Below the pieces are notes generated by a model. The model was not told the origin of the DNA and did no database searches. It worked only from the letters and a program-made list of their open reading frames with translations. A stretch of 64,000 nucleotides of DNA. Source: Candidatus Aegiribacteria sp. (GTDB lineage: Bacteria > Fermentibacterota > Fermentibacteria > Fermentibacterales > JCC-6). Made by a program: the position numbers and the translations under genes. Shown here in pieces: positions 8,538-17,392 of this stretch. Location of the stretch: the NCBI GenBank assembly GCA_030620995.1, contig JAUXIK010000003.1:21822-85821 (forward strand), given 5' to 3'. Numbering within the stretch: position 1 is the stretch's first letter; the number at the start of each line of letters is the position of its first letter.

Positions 8538-10526
8538 ATGATTCGTCTTGAGAACCTCTATTCACTGATCGAAGGAAACTTTGATTTTCTCCTTGCAGTA
8601 GATGGCAATGAGAAGATTATCTATGTAAGTCCCCTTCTGAAGCACACCTGCTCACCAGATGATTCTGACGTTTCAGGAGCCCACCTGATAGATATTCTTG
8701 AAACTGATTCTCTCTCATCTTTGCGTAAAGCAATAGTCGAGATTCGAAAGGGAACCAGGGGAGTACATGCTCTGCTGTCCACCAGGTCTGAAAGATCAAC
8801 CCCGATTCCAATGAATGTCGGTTACATAGAGAGTGTTCAGGGTGGTATCTTCCTTTTCTTCGGTGCGCAGGTTGACTCGCTTCGCAGAATCAGTGACTGG
8901 GAAAAGGAAGAAAGGGTGAAGGAACTGTCCTGCCTTTACTCGGTTGCGGAATGGATAGAGGTATCCGAGTCCATCAGCGAATTTTTCAAAAGACTTCCTG
9001 AATATCTCTCAAGAGGTATGCGGTTTCCGGAAGAAGCGGTTGTCTGTTCCACATATCAGGGTTTGGAGTACGGTCAGGAAATGGTGGGAGAGGAATTCAT
9101 AACCGTCAACCTGATTGTTAACGGCAATCAGAAAGGCGAAATAAGAATTGGATACCTGAGCGAAACACGTAACATGCTGCCTGAAGAGCAGAAAATGCTG
9201 TTCGAAATAGGAAGAATGCTCAGTCTGGCGCTCGAAAGGAAAGAACTCTCCGAAAAAATCGTTCTCAAACAGGAAGAGGAAGAGGAGTTCAACAGGCATC
9301 TGAAAGAGCTTGAAAAAGAAATTGGCAAACGGGAAAAGGAACTCAAAGCACAGAAACAGAAACTGAGTACTGCTGATTCCTATCTGAACCGCGTCAACAA
9401 AAGCTGGGATGAAGCCAGCCGCCGACTTGAAACCATGTTCCAGGCTATCCCTGATGAAGTAATGCTCATTGATCTTAACCAGAACGTGGTTATGAGCAAC
9501 CGGGAGAATATTGTACCCGGTGACAAATGTTATAGAACCTATTTCAAAAGGGAAACTCCCTGTGAGGATTGTCGACTGGCAAAGATAAAGCGGGATAAGA
9601 CACCGATTACCATTACCATGAGGGATGATGACAGATATCTTCAGGTTCACGCTCTTCCGATATACAACCAGGAAGAGGAAGTTGATGGAATCCTTGAATT
9701 CTACAGGGATATCACACTTGAGAAGACCTACGAACAGCAGCTGCAGCAGGCCGACAAGCTGGCTTCCCTGGGTCAGCTTGTGAGCGGTATAGGCCATGAG
9801 ATCAACAATCCAAACCAGTTCATCAGGGGAAACATCAAGATCATCAATCAGGCAATAACGGACATGCTGCCGATTGTAGATGATTACTACAAAGAACATC
9901 CCGATCTGAAAATTGCCAGGCTTAAATACGATTTCTTCAGAGAGCATATCATGACCCTGGTAGATGACATGTCTCACGGTTCGGAACGGATAAAGGGTAT
10001 TGTGGAAGGGCTTCGCGGTTTTGCCAGAAAGGACGAGGGGCTTCTTCTGGATACAGTGGATGTCAACACTCTCATAGAAGCTACAACCAGGCTTGTTCAG
10101 AACGAAGTGCACAAGCATGCTGAGATCGAACTGGGGCTGAGCAAGGGTGTAAAGACATTCACAGGTAATTCACAGAAGATCGAGCAGGTGCTTGTAAACC
10201 TCATAGTGAACGCAGCTCAGGCTATCCCGGATGATAAAAAGGGATTGATTACCGTCAGAACCAGGATGGAAAAAGATACGGTTATCATAGAGATTGAAGA
10301 CAACGGCAAAGGAATGGATGAGAAAACCCTTAAACTGATCTTCGATCCGTTCTTCACGACAAAACGCACAAAGGGTGGAACAGGTCTTGGTCTCGCAATT
10401 GCCTTCAGAATTATCGAGGAGCATGGCGGAAGCATTTCGGTAAGCAGCAAACCCGGCACCGGAACACTGTTCACAATCAGGATTCCACTGCCGGATCATG
10501 AAGGAGACAGGAAGGCGAAGAAGTGA
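8538..10526 (+). CDS. Cytoplasmic PAS-domain sensor histidine kinase (NtrB-like core)
   Basis: GIGHEINNP H-box, NLIVNAAQA, DNGKG, FDPFFTTK, GTGLGL; no hydrophobic TM stretch; coiled-coil middle region. Confidence 0.92.
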   Translation: MIRLENLYSLIEGNFDFLLAVDGNEKIIYVSPLLKHTCSPDDSDVSGAHLIDILETDSLSSLRKAIVEIRKGTRGVHALLSTRSERSTPIPMNVGYIESVQGGIFLFFGAQVDSLRRISDWEKEERVKELSCLYSVAEWIEVSESISEFFKRLPEYLSRGMRFPEEAVVCSTYQGLEYGQEMVGEEFITVNLIVNGNQKGEIRIGYLSETRNMLPEEQKMLFEIGRMLSLALERKELSEKIVLKQEEEEEFNRHLKELEKEIGKREKELKAQKQKLSTADSYLNRVNKSWDEASRRLETMFQAIPDEVMLIDLNQNVVMSNRENIVPGDKCYRTYFKRETPCEDCRLAKIKRDKTPITITMRDDDRYLQVHALPIYNQEEEVDGILEFYRDITLEKTYEQQLQQADKLASLGQLVSGIGHEINNPNQFIRGNIKIINQAITDMLPIVDDYYKEHPDLKIARLKYDFFREHIMTLVDDMSHGSERIKGIVEGLRGFARKDEGLLLDTVDVNTLIEATTRLVQNEVHKHAEIELGLSKGVKTFTGNSQKIEQVLVNLIVNAAQAIPDDKKGLITVRTRMEKDTVIIEIEDNGKGMDEKTLKLIFDPFFTTKRTKGGTGLGLAIAFRIIEEHGGSISVSSKPGTGTLFTIRIPLPDHEGDRKAKK

Positions 10527-11887
10527 ATAAGATTTTGATAGTCGATGACGATGTTGCCGTAACCAACTACTTCATGGTTTTTCTGATGCAGACCGAAGTG
10601 TTTGAACCCGCAGTTGTCAACGATTCAAGAGAAGTTGAGACCATTCTTGATAGCGAGCGGTTTGATGTAATCATGCTTGATCTTGATATGCCGAACGTAA
10701 GCGGGATGGATATCCTCAGAATAATGCAGGAAAAAAGCATAAATATCCCTGTAGTAATCCTTACAGGTGTCAACGATATTGAGCTTGCAGTTAAGTCGAT
10801 GAAGCTGGGAGCCTTTGATTACCTGACAAAACCTGTTGACGATGAGTACCTTCTTGAAGTTCTGGATAGAGCCATAGAATATGGCGCAATGCATGATACC
10901 ATTGATAAATTGCCCGAGATGCTTTCCAGAGAGGATCTGGATAACAAGGCAGCCTTCGAAAGACTGCCTACACAGGATCCTGGCGTGATACGGCTTTTTC
11001 ATCAGGCTGAGAAAATGGCTAAAGGAGATCTAAGCGTATTCATCTGGGGGGAAAGGGGTACGGGAAAAGAATCACTTGCAAGGGCGATTCACAACGCTTC
11101 TCCAAGGGTCGACAGACCCTTTATCGCTCTTGACAGCGCTTCTCATTCACCTGAAGAATTCTCTGAGGAGCTTTTTGGCAGAGCGAGGGACTGGAGCGGA
11201 AGAAGCGAGGAGATGCCCGGTTTTCTTGAAACGGCATCCGGTGGAACACTGTTCATCGATAACATCGAACATATGAGCCTGCCGGTTCAGGTAAGACTCA
11301 AAAGAGTAATCCAGACAAACGAGTATTACAGGGATAACTCGACAGAGATATTAGGCTGTGATGTTCGTTTCATAGTGGCTTCCACTCATGATCTTACCAG
11401 TTCAAAGTATCGCGATTCCTTTTCGCGGGATCTGCTGTACCATCTTATGGTAAATTCCATCCGGATTCCACCACTGAGGGACAGACCTGACGATATTCCG
11501 CTGCTGGCGGAATACTTCCTGAAAATGGAGAACGAACGAACAGGAAAAGAACTTGTCGGTATTTCCGACGATCTCATGGACCTTTTGCAGAAGTATAGTT
11601 TTCCTGACAATATGCAGGAGCTTAGAAATATAATTGCAGGCGCAATTGTGAGCGCTGAAGGAGAATCGATTACTCCTGATTTACTCTCCCCATATATCCG
11701 CGAACGAATAACACCGGGTTCCATGACAGGTGGATTTACTCCGATAAAGCTTCAGGAAGCAATAATTGATTTCGTGACAAAAACGATGGAGTATTGCGGT
11801 GGCGATATGAAGGATGCTGCCAGACTTCTTGGCATTTCACAGGACGAACTGGATCAGTATATCGAGCAGGGTAATTCTTCTGAATAA
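10523..11887 (+). CDS. NtrC-family response regulator with degenerate AAA+ domain
   Basis: REC (VDDD, LDLDMP, KP), Walker A GERGTGKE, PPLRDRPDDIPLL; GAFTGA absent. Confidence 0.88.
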   Translation: MNKILIVDDDVAVTNYFMVFLMQTEVFEPAVVNDSREVETILDSERFDVIMLDLDMPNVSGMDILRIMQEKSINIPVVILTGVNDIELAVKSMKLGAFDYLTKPVDDEYLLEVLDRAIEYGAMHDTIDKLPEMLSREDLDNKAAFERLPTQDPGVIRLFHQAEKMAKGDLSVFIWGERGTGKESLARAIHNASPRVDRPFIALDSASHSPEEFSEELFGRARDWSGRSEEMPGFLETASGGTLFIDNIEHMSLPVQVRLKRVIQTNEYYRDNSTEILGCDVRFIVASTHDLTSSKYRDSFSRDLLYHLMVNSIRIPPLRDRPDDIPLLAEYFLKMENERTGKELVGISDDLMDLLQKYSFPDNMQELRNIIAGAIVSAEGESITPDLLSPYIRERITPGSMTGGFTPIKLQEAIIDFVTKTMEYCGGDMKDAARLLGISQDELDQYIEQGNSSE

Positions 11888-12051
11888 TTTCAGGACAGAA
11901 GAATGAAATCGATAAGATTTATGACTTCCGATATTCGAGATTGATCATTGTTTTTGCGGTCCTGTTGAAGCGTGAATTCCTGAATATCCATGATCTGGAA
12001 GGTTTGCAGGAAGAAAAGTTAGAGAAAATACGCGGAATATCCGACTTGTAG
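11884..12051 (+). pseudogene. Probable 5'-truncated gene remnant
   Basis: Open frame between TGA 11881 and TAG 12049, with no start codon at its 5' end, reads EIDKIYDFRYSRLIIVFAVLLKREFLNIHDLEGLQEEKLEKIR (protein-like). Confidence 0.4.
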
Positions 12052-12126
12052 AAATTCGTCATGTAAGACCGGAGGATGAAGTAGTGACATACGCGGTTGA
12101 TACCGAGTCTGTGAGGGGAGGATTTT

Positions 12127-12537
12127 ATGGGTTATACAGGCTGGATACTGATTCTTTTTGTTCTGGGAATAATCAACCTGATTACAGGAGTTAAAGGGAT
12201 AAGAAGTTTTCTTTCTCAGAACTCATCTATCAGAACGTACCAGAATCTTCAGAGCTTTAAAAGTATGGTGCGGAAGCAGATGTATCAGACTCTTCTACAA
12301 TTGGTAATTCTGGGAACTATGACAGTGATAGGGATAATAGGTATTTCTACCGGGAAATTGAATTTTAACGGAACTTTGCTGTTCCTGCTGCTCAACGTGA
12401 TAAATATCTTTGCCGGCAAGTGGGGAAAAGTATTTGAGAAGAAGGTGAAATTACTTAAAGTGGAAGATCCGAATCTTCTTGCCGAGTACAAATCGGTATG
12501 CAGTACCTGGGGCAGGAAACCGTTCCCCGACTTCTAG
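12127..12537 (+). CDS. Hypothetical membrane protein (about 3 TM segments)
   Basis: GGGGAGGA RBS, hydrophobic segments, C-terminal KPFPDF. Confidence 0.7.
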   Translation: MGYTGWILILFVLGIINLITGVKGIRSFLSQNSSIRTYQNLQSFKSMVRKQMYQTLLQLVILGTMTVIGIIGISTGKLNFNGTLLFLLLNVINIFAGKWGKVFEKKVKLLKVEDPNLLAEYKSVCSTWGRKPFPDF

Positions 12538-12615
12538 CAACTTCTAGTGCCACCCACCGTTAAATGTGACATATAGTACTTTCCACTATTAAAGTGAGTG
12601 TTCTGTACAGCAATG

Positions 12616-13947
12616 TTAGTATCTGTCCAGATACCTTTCTATTTCCCAGTGATGAATCACCCTGATGTACTCTTCCCATTCCCTTCTCTTGTTGTACATG
12701 AAATGTTCGTATATGTGCTCTCCCAGTGCCTCAATTATCACATTATCCTTTTCCAGATAGTTGAGGGCTTCAAAAAGGCTGGAAGGCAGATGATATATCT
12801 TCAGTCTTCCTTTCTCACGCTTGCTCATTTTGAAGATATTCCTGTTAACCGGCCTGCCGCAGTCCATTCCCTTTTCTATTCCGTCCAGACCCGCAGCGAG
12901 AAGTACCGTGAGTGCCAGGTAGGGATTGCATGAAGGGTCCGGTACTCTTACCTCACATCTGGTCTCGTTCCCCTTTCTTGCAGGTACGCGAATGAGAGGA
13001 GAACGGTTCTTCTCCGACCAGGCAACGTTTATCGGAGCTTCATAGCCGGGGACAAGTCTTTTATACGAATTCACAAGTGGATTGGTTACAGCCACAAATG
13101 CTCTTGCATGATGAAGAAGACCGGCAATGAAACCTCTAGCAGAAGACGAAAGACCGTTCTCACCCTCCGGGTTATCGAAAGCGTTAACTCCTCCAAGTGT
13201 GAACAGGGACATATTCATATGCATCCCCGATCCGTTAACATCGGAAAGCGGTTTAGGCATGAATGTCGCATGAAGCCCGTGTGAAAGGGCTACTTTCTTA
13301 ACTACGAATCTGAAGGTAACGATATTGTCGGCTGTCTTCACCGCATCGGTATACCTGAAATCGATTTCATGCTGTCCGGGAGCAACCTCGTGATGAGCAG
13401 CTTCCACTTCGTACCCCATAGACTCAAGTACCAGAGCTATATCTCGTCTGGCCTCTTCTCCTCTGTCTACAGGTGAAAGATCAAAATAGCTTCCCCTGTC
13501 GTGCGTTTTAGTGACAGGATTACCGGAAGCATCCATCTGAAAGAGGAAGAATTCCGCTTCAGGACCAGCCATTACCCTGTATCCCATTTCCCTTGCCAGT
13601 TGAATCTGATTTTTCAGCAGTGTTCTGGGGCATCCCGGAAAAGGATTGCCGTCAGGGTCCGCTACGTCACATATCAGGCGACCGACCTTTCCATGCTCAG
13701 TTCTCCACGGAAACACTCCGAATGTTTCAAGATCGGGTATGAGGACCATGTCCGACTCCTCAATTCTTGTAAATCCTTCGATCGAGGAACCGTCGAACAT
13801 AACCTGTCCATCAAGAGCTTTACCGAACTGGCTTTCAGGTACTTCAACATTCTTGATAATGCCGTCTATATCTGTAAATTGAAGCCGCAGAAAGTGTACG
13901 TTATGTTTCTTGCATTCGGATAAAATTGATTCAATTGAAACTGTCAT
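12616..13947 (-). CDS. glnA: Glutamine synthetase type I
   Basis: FDGSSIEGF, HHEVAPGQHEI, ATFMPKP..NGSGMH, NSYKRLVPGYEAP. Confidence 0.97.
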   Translation of the reverse strand: MTVSIESILSECKKHNVHFLRLQFTDIDGIIKNVEVPESQFGKALDGQVMFDGSSIEGFTRIEESDMVLIPDLETFGVFPWRTEHGKVGRLICDVADPDGNPFPGCPRTLLKNQIQLAREMGYRVMAGPEAEFFLFQMDASGNPVTKTHDRGSYFDLSPVDRGEEARRDIALVLESMGYEVEAAHHEVAPGQHEIDFRYTDAVKTADNIVTFRFVVKKVALSHGLHATFMPKPLSDVNGSGMHMNMSLFTLGGVNAFDNPEGENGLSSSARGFIAGLLHHARAFVAVTNPLVNSYKRLVPGYEAPINVAWSEKNRSPLIRVPARKGNETRCEVRVPDPSCNPYLALTVLLAAGLDGIEKGMDCGRPVNRNIFKMSKREKGRLKIYHLPSSLFEALNYLEKDNVIIEALGEHIYEHFMYNKRREWEEYIRVIHHWEIERYLDRY

Positions 13948-14102
13948 ATGCGACCTTCTTTCATATCAATCTACACAATTTAGGGCTAAAACTTAAGCAT
14001 ATTATCCATAAGTCTGCATTTCGACTCCAAAATATATTCAATTCTGCATTATCTGCAACCAGGGTTGAATACGAGTGAACAGTCTGTTGGTAAAAGTGCT
14101 GA

Positions 14103-14213
14103 CTACTTGAGTTCGGGTTCCTCCCAGGCAACTACGATTGCCAGGTCGTCTTTTTTAAGAATGTTTCCGCTATCGCGTCTGGGATTGATACGGATATCGC
14201 CTGTTGAGTTAAT
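14103..14213 (-). pseudogene. Short C-terminal gene fragment (RCK-C/ion-channel-tail-like)
   Basis: Minus frame after TGA 14216 reads INSTGDIRINPRRDSGNILKKDDLAIVVAWEEPELK*; INP...L..DD..IV pattern; no canonical start. Confidence 0.3.
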
Positions 14214-14288
14214 TCAAAGGCGTGTTCAGACAAGACCGTATGAAAGCGAATCCGTGACAGCGCCTTTTTTCTCTGGTATCTTTACTCA

Positions 14289-15941
14289 ATGTTAAATGTA
14301 TCCACCAAAAGAATCAGGAAGAACGAATCCAGAATTCTCCTTGTGCTGTTTATGTTGGCTCTGGTTCTGCGACTCATTGTTATCTTTCATAATCCGATCC
14401 CGGCAGGGGATGGCATAGCATCCAATCTTGAGATTGCTGAAAATCTCAGATATGGGAACGGATTCTCAACCATGAGAAAATGGACCCTGTTCGATCAGTC
14501 ACTCGATCCTATCAGGCCTGAATGCAACAGACAGCCAATCATGTCTCTGCTCCTTCTATTACTTTTCACGATTACCGGACCCGGATTTCTCCCCGCACAG
14601 CTGCTGTCACTGTTAATCGGGCTTGTATGCCTTGCCGTGTGCTGGCTCTGGGCAAGAAAGATTTTCGGAGTAATTCCAGCATTGATGTCAACAGCTGTTC
14701 TTGCAATACATCCGTTGTTTATCTACTATTCGACGCAGCCTGACAGCCTTCTTTTATTCACGGCATTATTCTTTGCAGCCCTGCTGGCTGCGAACAGGGA
14801 GAAAATCACTTTCAGACAGGTAGTTCTTCTGGGCGCTCTATCCGCTCTGGCGTATCTTGCACGGACTCAGGGAATGCTCCTTGCGTTTTCAATGGGTATC
14901 TGGGTTCTTGTAAGGGGCGGCAGCCGGAAGATCTTGAAAATTCTGCTGTTTCTGCTTGTATTCCTGCTTGCCTGTATGCCCTGGTTCATAAGGAACTCGG
15001 AGCAGTTCGGCTCGATGACTTACTCACAGAACAAACTGTTTCTTCTCAACGAGAATCACTGGGCCGCATGGGAAGTTCGTGAAAGCGCGCCGGGCCCCAC
15101 GGATATGATCAGATTTCAGGGACCTGCTGCTGTAATAATGTATACCGCAAAAGGGTTTCTGAGAATATTTGAACCGATTACAACCGGCACATTGCATAGA
15201 GGTGAAATTTACGCACAGCCGCCTCTCATCGGTTTCGCGATTCTCGCGTTGCTTGCTTTGAAGAACCGGAAGCTTCGAAAAAAGATGCTGCTTCCTCTGA
15301 TAGCAGCTCTTCCGATCATGGCTGTTCTTGTACTGCATGAGCACAGCGGAAGATATCTTGCTTTTCTGAATGTTATCGTCATCGCTCTGGGTGTCGCAGG
15401 GCTGGGAAGGCTGCTTCAGATGACCGGGAAGCGAACTGCGGCCATCGCAGGTATTCTTCTGATTATTCCATTTGCGTTACCCCTTGGTTCCTTATTGATT
15501 GCGGATTCATCAGAGAAAGCAGCCGAAGCTGAAGAAGTCGCTGAATGGATTATTGAAAACAGCTCTTCCGATGACTGGGTGGTAACATTTCCCGCCGCGG
15601 AAATGTACATCTGGAAATACAGACGTCCTACGCTTACAATGCCAAATGATTATGAGATGCTTCTGTGGCCCTGTCTTGAAGAACATAATGTGCGATTCAT
15701 TGTTATAGACGGGGATATCAGCTATTTAAGACCCAGATTGTCAACAAGATGGAGAAGAACGCCTGATGGTCGTGAATGGGAAATCATCGATCCTCCGGAT
15801 TTCCTTGAAGAGGTTTACAGAACTCGCTCGGGCTTCACCATTGTCTACGAGATGATCGGTGAGGTGCCTGATGGATTCATGTATGTGGACAGTCTTCCCC
15901 GCGACAACATGCGCGCATTGGTGCCGGGTGGGTCGAACTGA
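14289..15941 (+). CDS. GT-C fold membrane glycosyltransferase (ArnT/PMT_2-like)
   Basis: Multiple TM segments, D..Y/N..IA.NL..G.G, LAYLAR..G, PWFIRN...FG motifs. Confidence 0.75.
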   Translation: MLNVSTKRIRKNESRILLVLFMLALVLRLIVIFHNPIPAGDGIASNLEIAENLRYGNGFSTMRKWTLFDQSLDPIRPECNRQPIMSLLLLLLFTITGPGFLPAQLLSLLIGLVCLAVCWLWARKIFGVIPALMSTAVLAIHPLFIYYSTQPDSLLLFTALFFAALLAANREKITFRQVVLLGALSALAYLARTQGMLLAFSMGIWVLVRGGSRKILKILLFLLVFLLACMPWFIRNSEQFGSMTYSQNKLFLLNENHWAAWEVRESAPGPTDMIRFQGPAAVIMYTAKGFLRIFEPITTGTLHRGEIYAQPPLIGFAILALLALKNRKLRKKMLLPLIAALPIMAVLVLHEHSGRYLAFLNVIVIALGVAGLGRLLQMTGKRTAAIAGILLIIPFALPLGSLLIADSSEKAAEAEEVAEWIIENSSSDDWVVTFPAAEMYIWKYRRPTLTMPNDYEMLLWPCLEEHNVRFIVIDGDISYLRPRLSTRWRRTPDGREWEIIDPPDFLEEVYRTRSGFTIVYEMIGEVPDGFMYVDSLPRDNMRALVPGGSN

Positions 15942-15968
15942 CTTATCAGGATTTCCTTCAGCGTATTT

Positions 15969-17057
15969 CTATAATTTCGGCGTAATATCTTCGATGTCCT
16001 GCCTGTTATTTTTGTCCAGAGGTATATGAAGATAGTCGTTACCGAGGATTGAAAAATCCAGTTCCTTCATATACAAAGCCCGGACACGCCGATTATGCTG
16101 AGTATGATAGTAAAGCACGCATTCGGAAAGATCCCAGGCTGTAGTCCATTGTGTAGAACTGCGCATACCTTCCGTACTGCAGTTGCCATCAGAGCCTTCA
16201 GCTGCGCCAAGAGGCACATTGAAATTGTCCAGAATTCTGAATACTTCATATACGGTTTCAGAAGATGTTTCTGTAGGGCGAGCTGTCTGCGTCCATGCTA
16301 CAGCACGTACGAACCGTGAAGGTGGCGTAAAGTCACCTGGCAATCCGATCATGCCGCTGCCGGCACCCAGCGGTGCGAAATCAAGGTTGTCAATTATTCT
16401 GTCAGGCAGAGCAACAGGTGAAAGGTTCAGATAATTTCGTAAATTAGTCATGTGCCAATCGAAATTCGGTGCATTTGTAATGACTCCTAAAGGATTATCG
16501 AAAATTCTGATCTCACCATCGATATATTCAATGACAACGGATTCTCCATCCGGATCTGTCACCATCCAGTGAGCAGCGACCGGAATTCCTATTTCTTCTT
16601 CCACTACAGGAACAACCCTGACTTTGCTCATGCCCTTGCGGACCTTATCTACAGTAGCAAACTGTGTAAGGATAAAGGCTATAACATCGATTGCTGTAAT
16701 TGAATTATCTGCCTTGTTCGTTTCGTATTCAGAGTAACAGGTAAATCCGGGAAGATAGAACAGGCCAGCCGCGAGACCTTCCTCGTTCATACCATCACTG
16801 AGATAATCTTTTCCATCAGCATCGATCCCGACAACGCCATATTTCGCTTTCCATTTTCTGCCGTTCAACCCATCCGGGGTTAAACCGGTGAAAGAATATC
16901 CGCGAGGAATAACAGCAACGCGGGAATGCATATCGAACGCTCCCCATTCGTTTGTGCGTCCGTAAACAACACTTCTATCAGTTGCTATTAATCTGATTCC
17001 GGTGCAGGCCTGGACGGAATTCACATTAGTGCCGGTCATGCTATTATTCTGTTTCAC
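15969..17057 (-). CDS. Choloylglycine hydrolase / penicillin V acylase family Ntn hydrolase
   Basis: A-CTGI nucleophile, GRTNEW, DGMNEEGL, TNAP.FDWH.TNL, LPGDFTPPSRFVR. Confidence 0.92.
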   Translation of the reverse strand: MKQNNSMTGTNVNSVQACTGIRLIATDRSVVYGRTNEWGAFDMHSRVAVIPRGYSFTGLTPDGLNGRKWKAKYGVVGIDADGKDYLSDGMNEEGLAAGLFYLPGFTCYSEYETNKADNSITAIDVIAFILTQFATVDKVRKGMSKVRVVPVVEEEIGIPVAAHWMVTDPDGESVVIEYIDGEIRIFDNPLGVITNAPNFDWHMTNLRNYLNLSPVALPDRIIDNLDFAPLGAGSGMIGLPGDFTPPSRFVRAVAWTQTARPTETSSETVYEVFRILDNFNVPLGAAEGSDGNCSTEGMRSSTQWTTAWDLSECVLYYHTQHNRRVRALYMKELDFSILGNDYLHIPLDKNNRQDIEDITPKL

Positions 17058-17338
17058 TTATTTCTCCATCTATTTTGATTTGTTGTGATATGCTTGGCTG
17101 TAATAATTTTAAAGCGTTTGGGCATCTCGCCTTCTACTTCTACAGGTTAAGACTAATTCCTCATGCAATGTGTTGTCAACCAAAATAATTTGAGATTCGT
17201 TAAACCTGGTTAAACATGAGGGTGTACCGAGTACCTATCATCAGAAGACGTGATCTCTTGTAGTGAAATCAGTAATCTATTCAGGAGTATTCTTACACAA
17301 AGTCCGTTAGAGTGTGAATTTATGAATAGCCTATTGCT

Positions 17339-17375
17339 ATTATGTAGCAGGTACATTATGTAACTACTGCATAAT
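17339..17375. promoter_or_regulatory. Imperfect 18-bp inverted repeat (putative operator) upstream of the ATPase gene
   Basis: attatgtagcaggtacat-t-atgtaactactgcataat, 15/18 complementary, ending 17 bp before ATG 17393. Confidence 0.4.
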
Positions 17376-17392
17376 AACAGGAAGGTTGCGTC

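Noticed and set aside
9009-10118. Long antisense ORFs (e.g. 9009-10118, 28507-29442, 40136-40771)
   Set aside because: They shadow well-supported genes on the other strand and have no recognisable motifs
14043-14062. Sigma54 promoter or NtrC box upstream of glnA
   Set aside because: GG-to-GC spacing on the minus strand is 11 rather than 10 nt, and the TGCA pairs do not match TGCAC-N7-GTGCA
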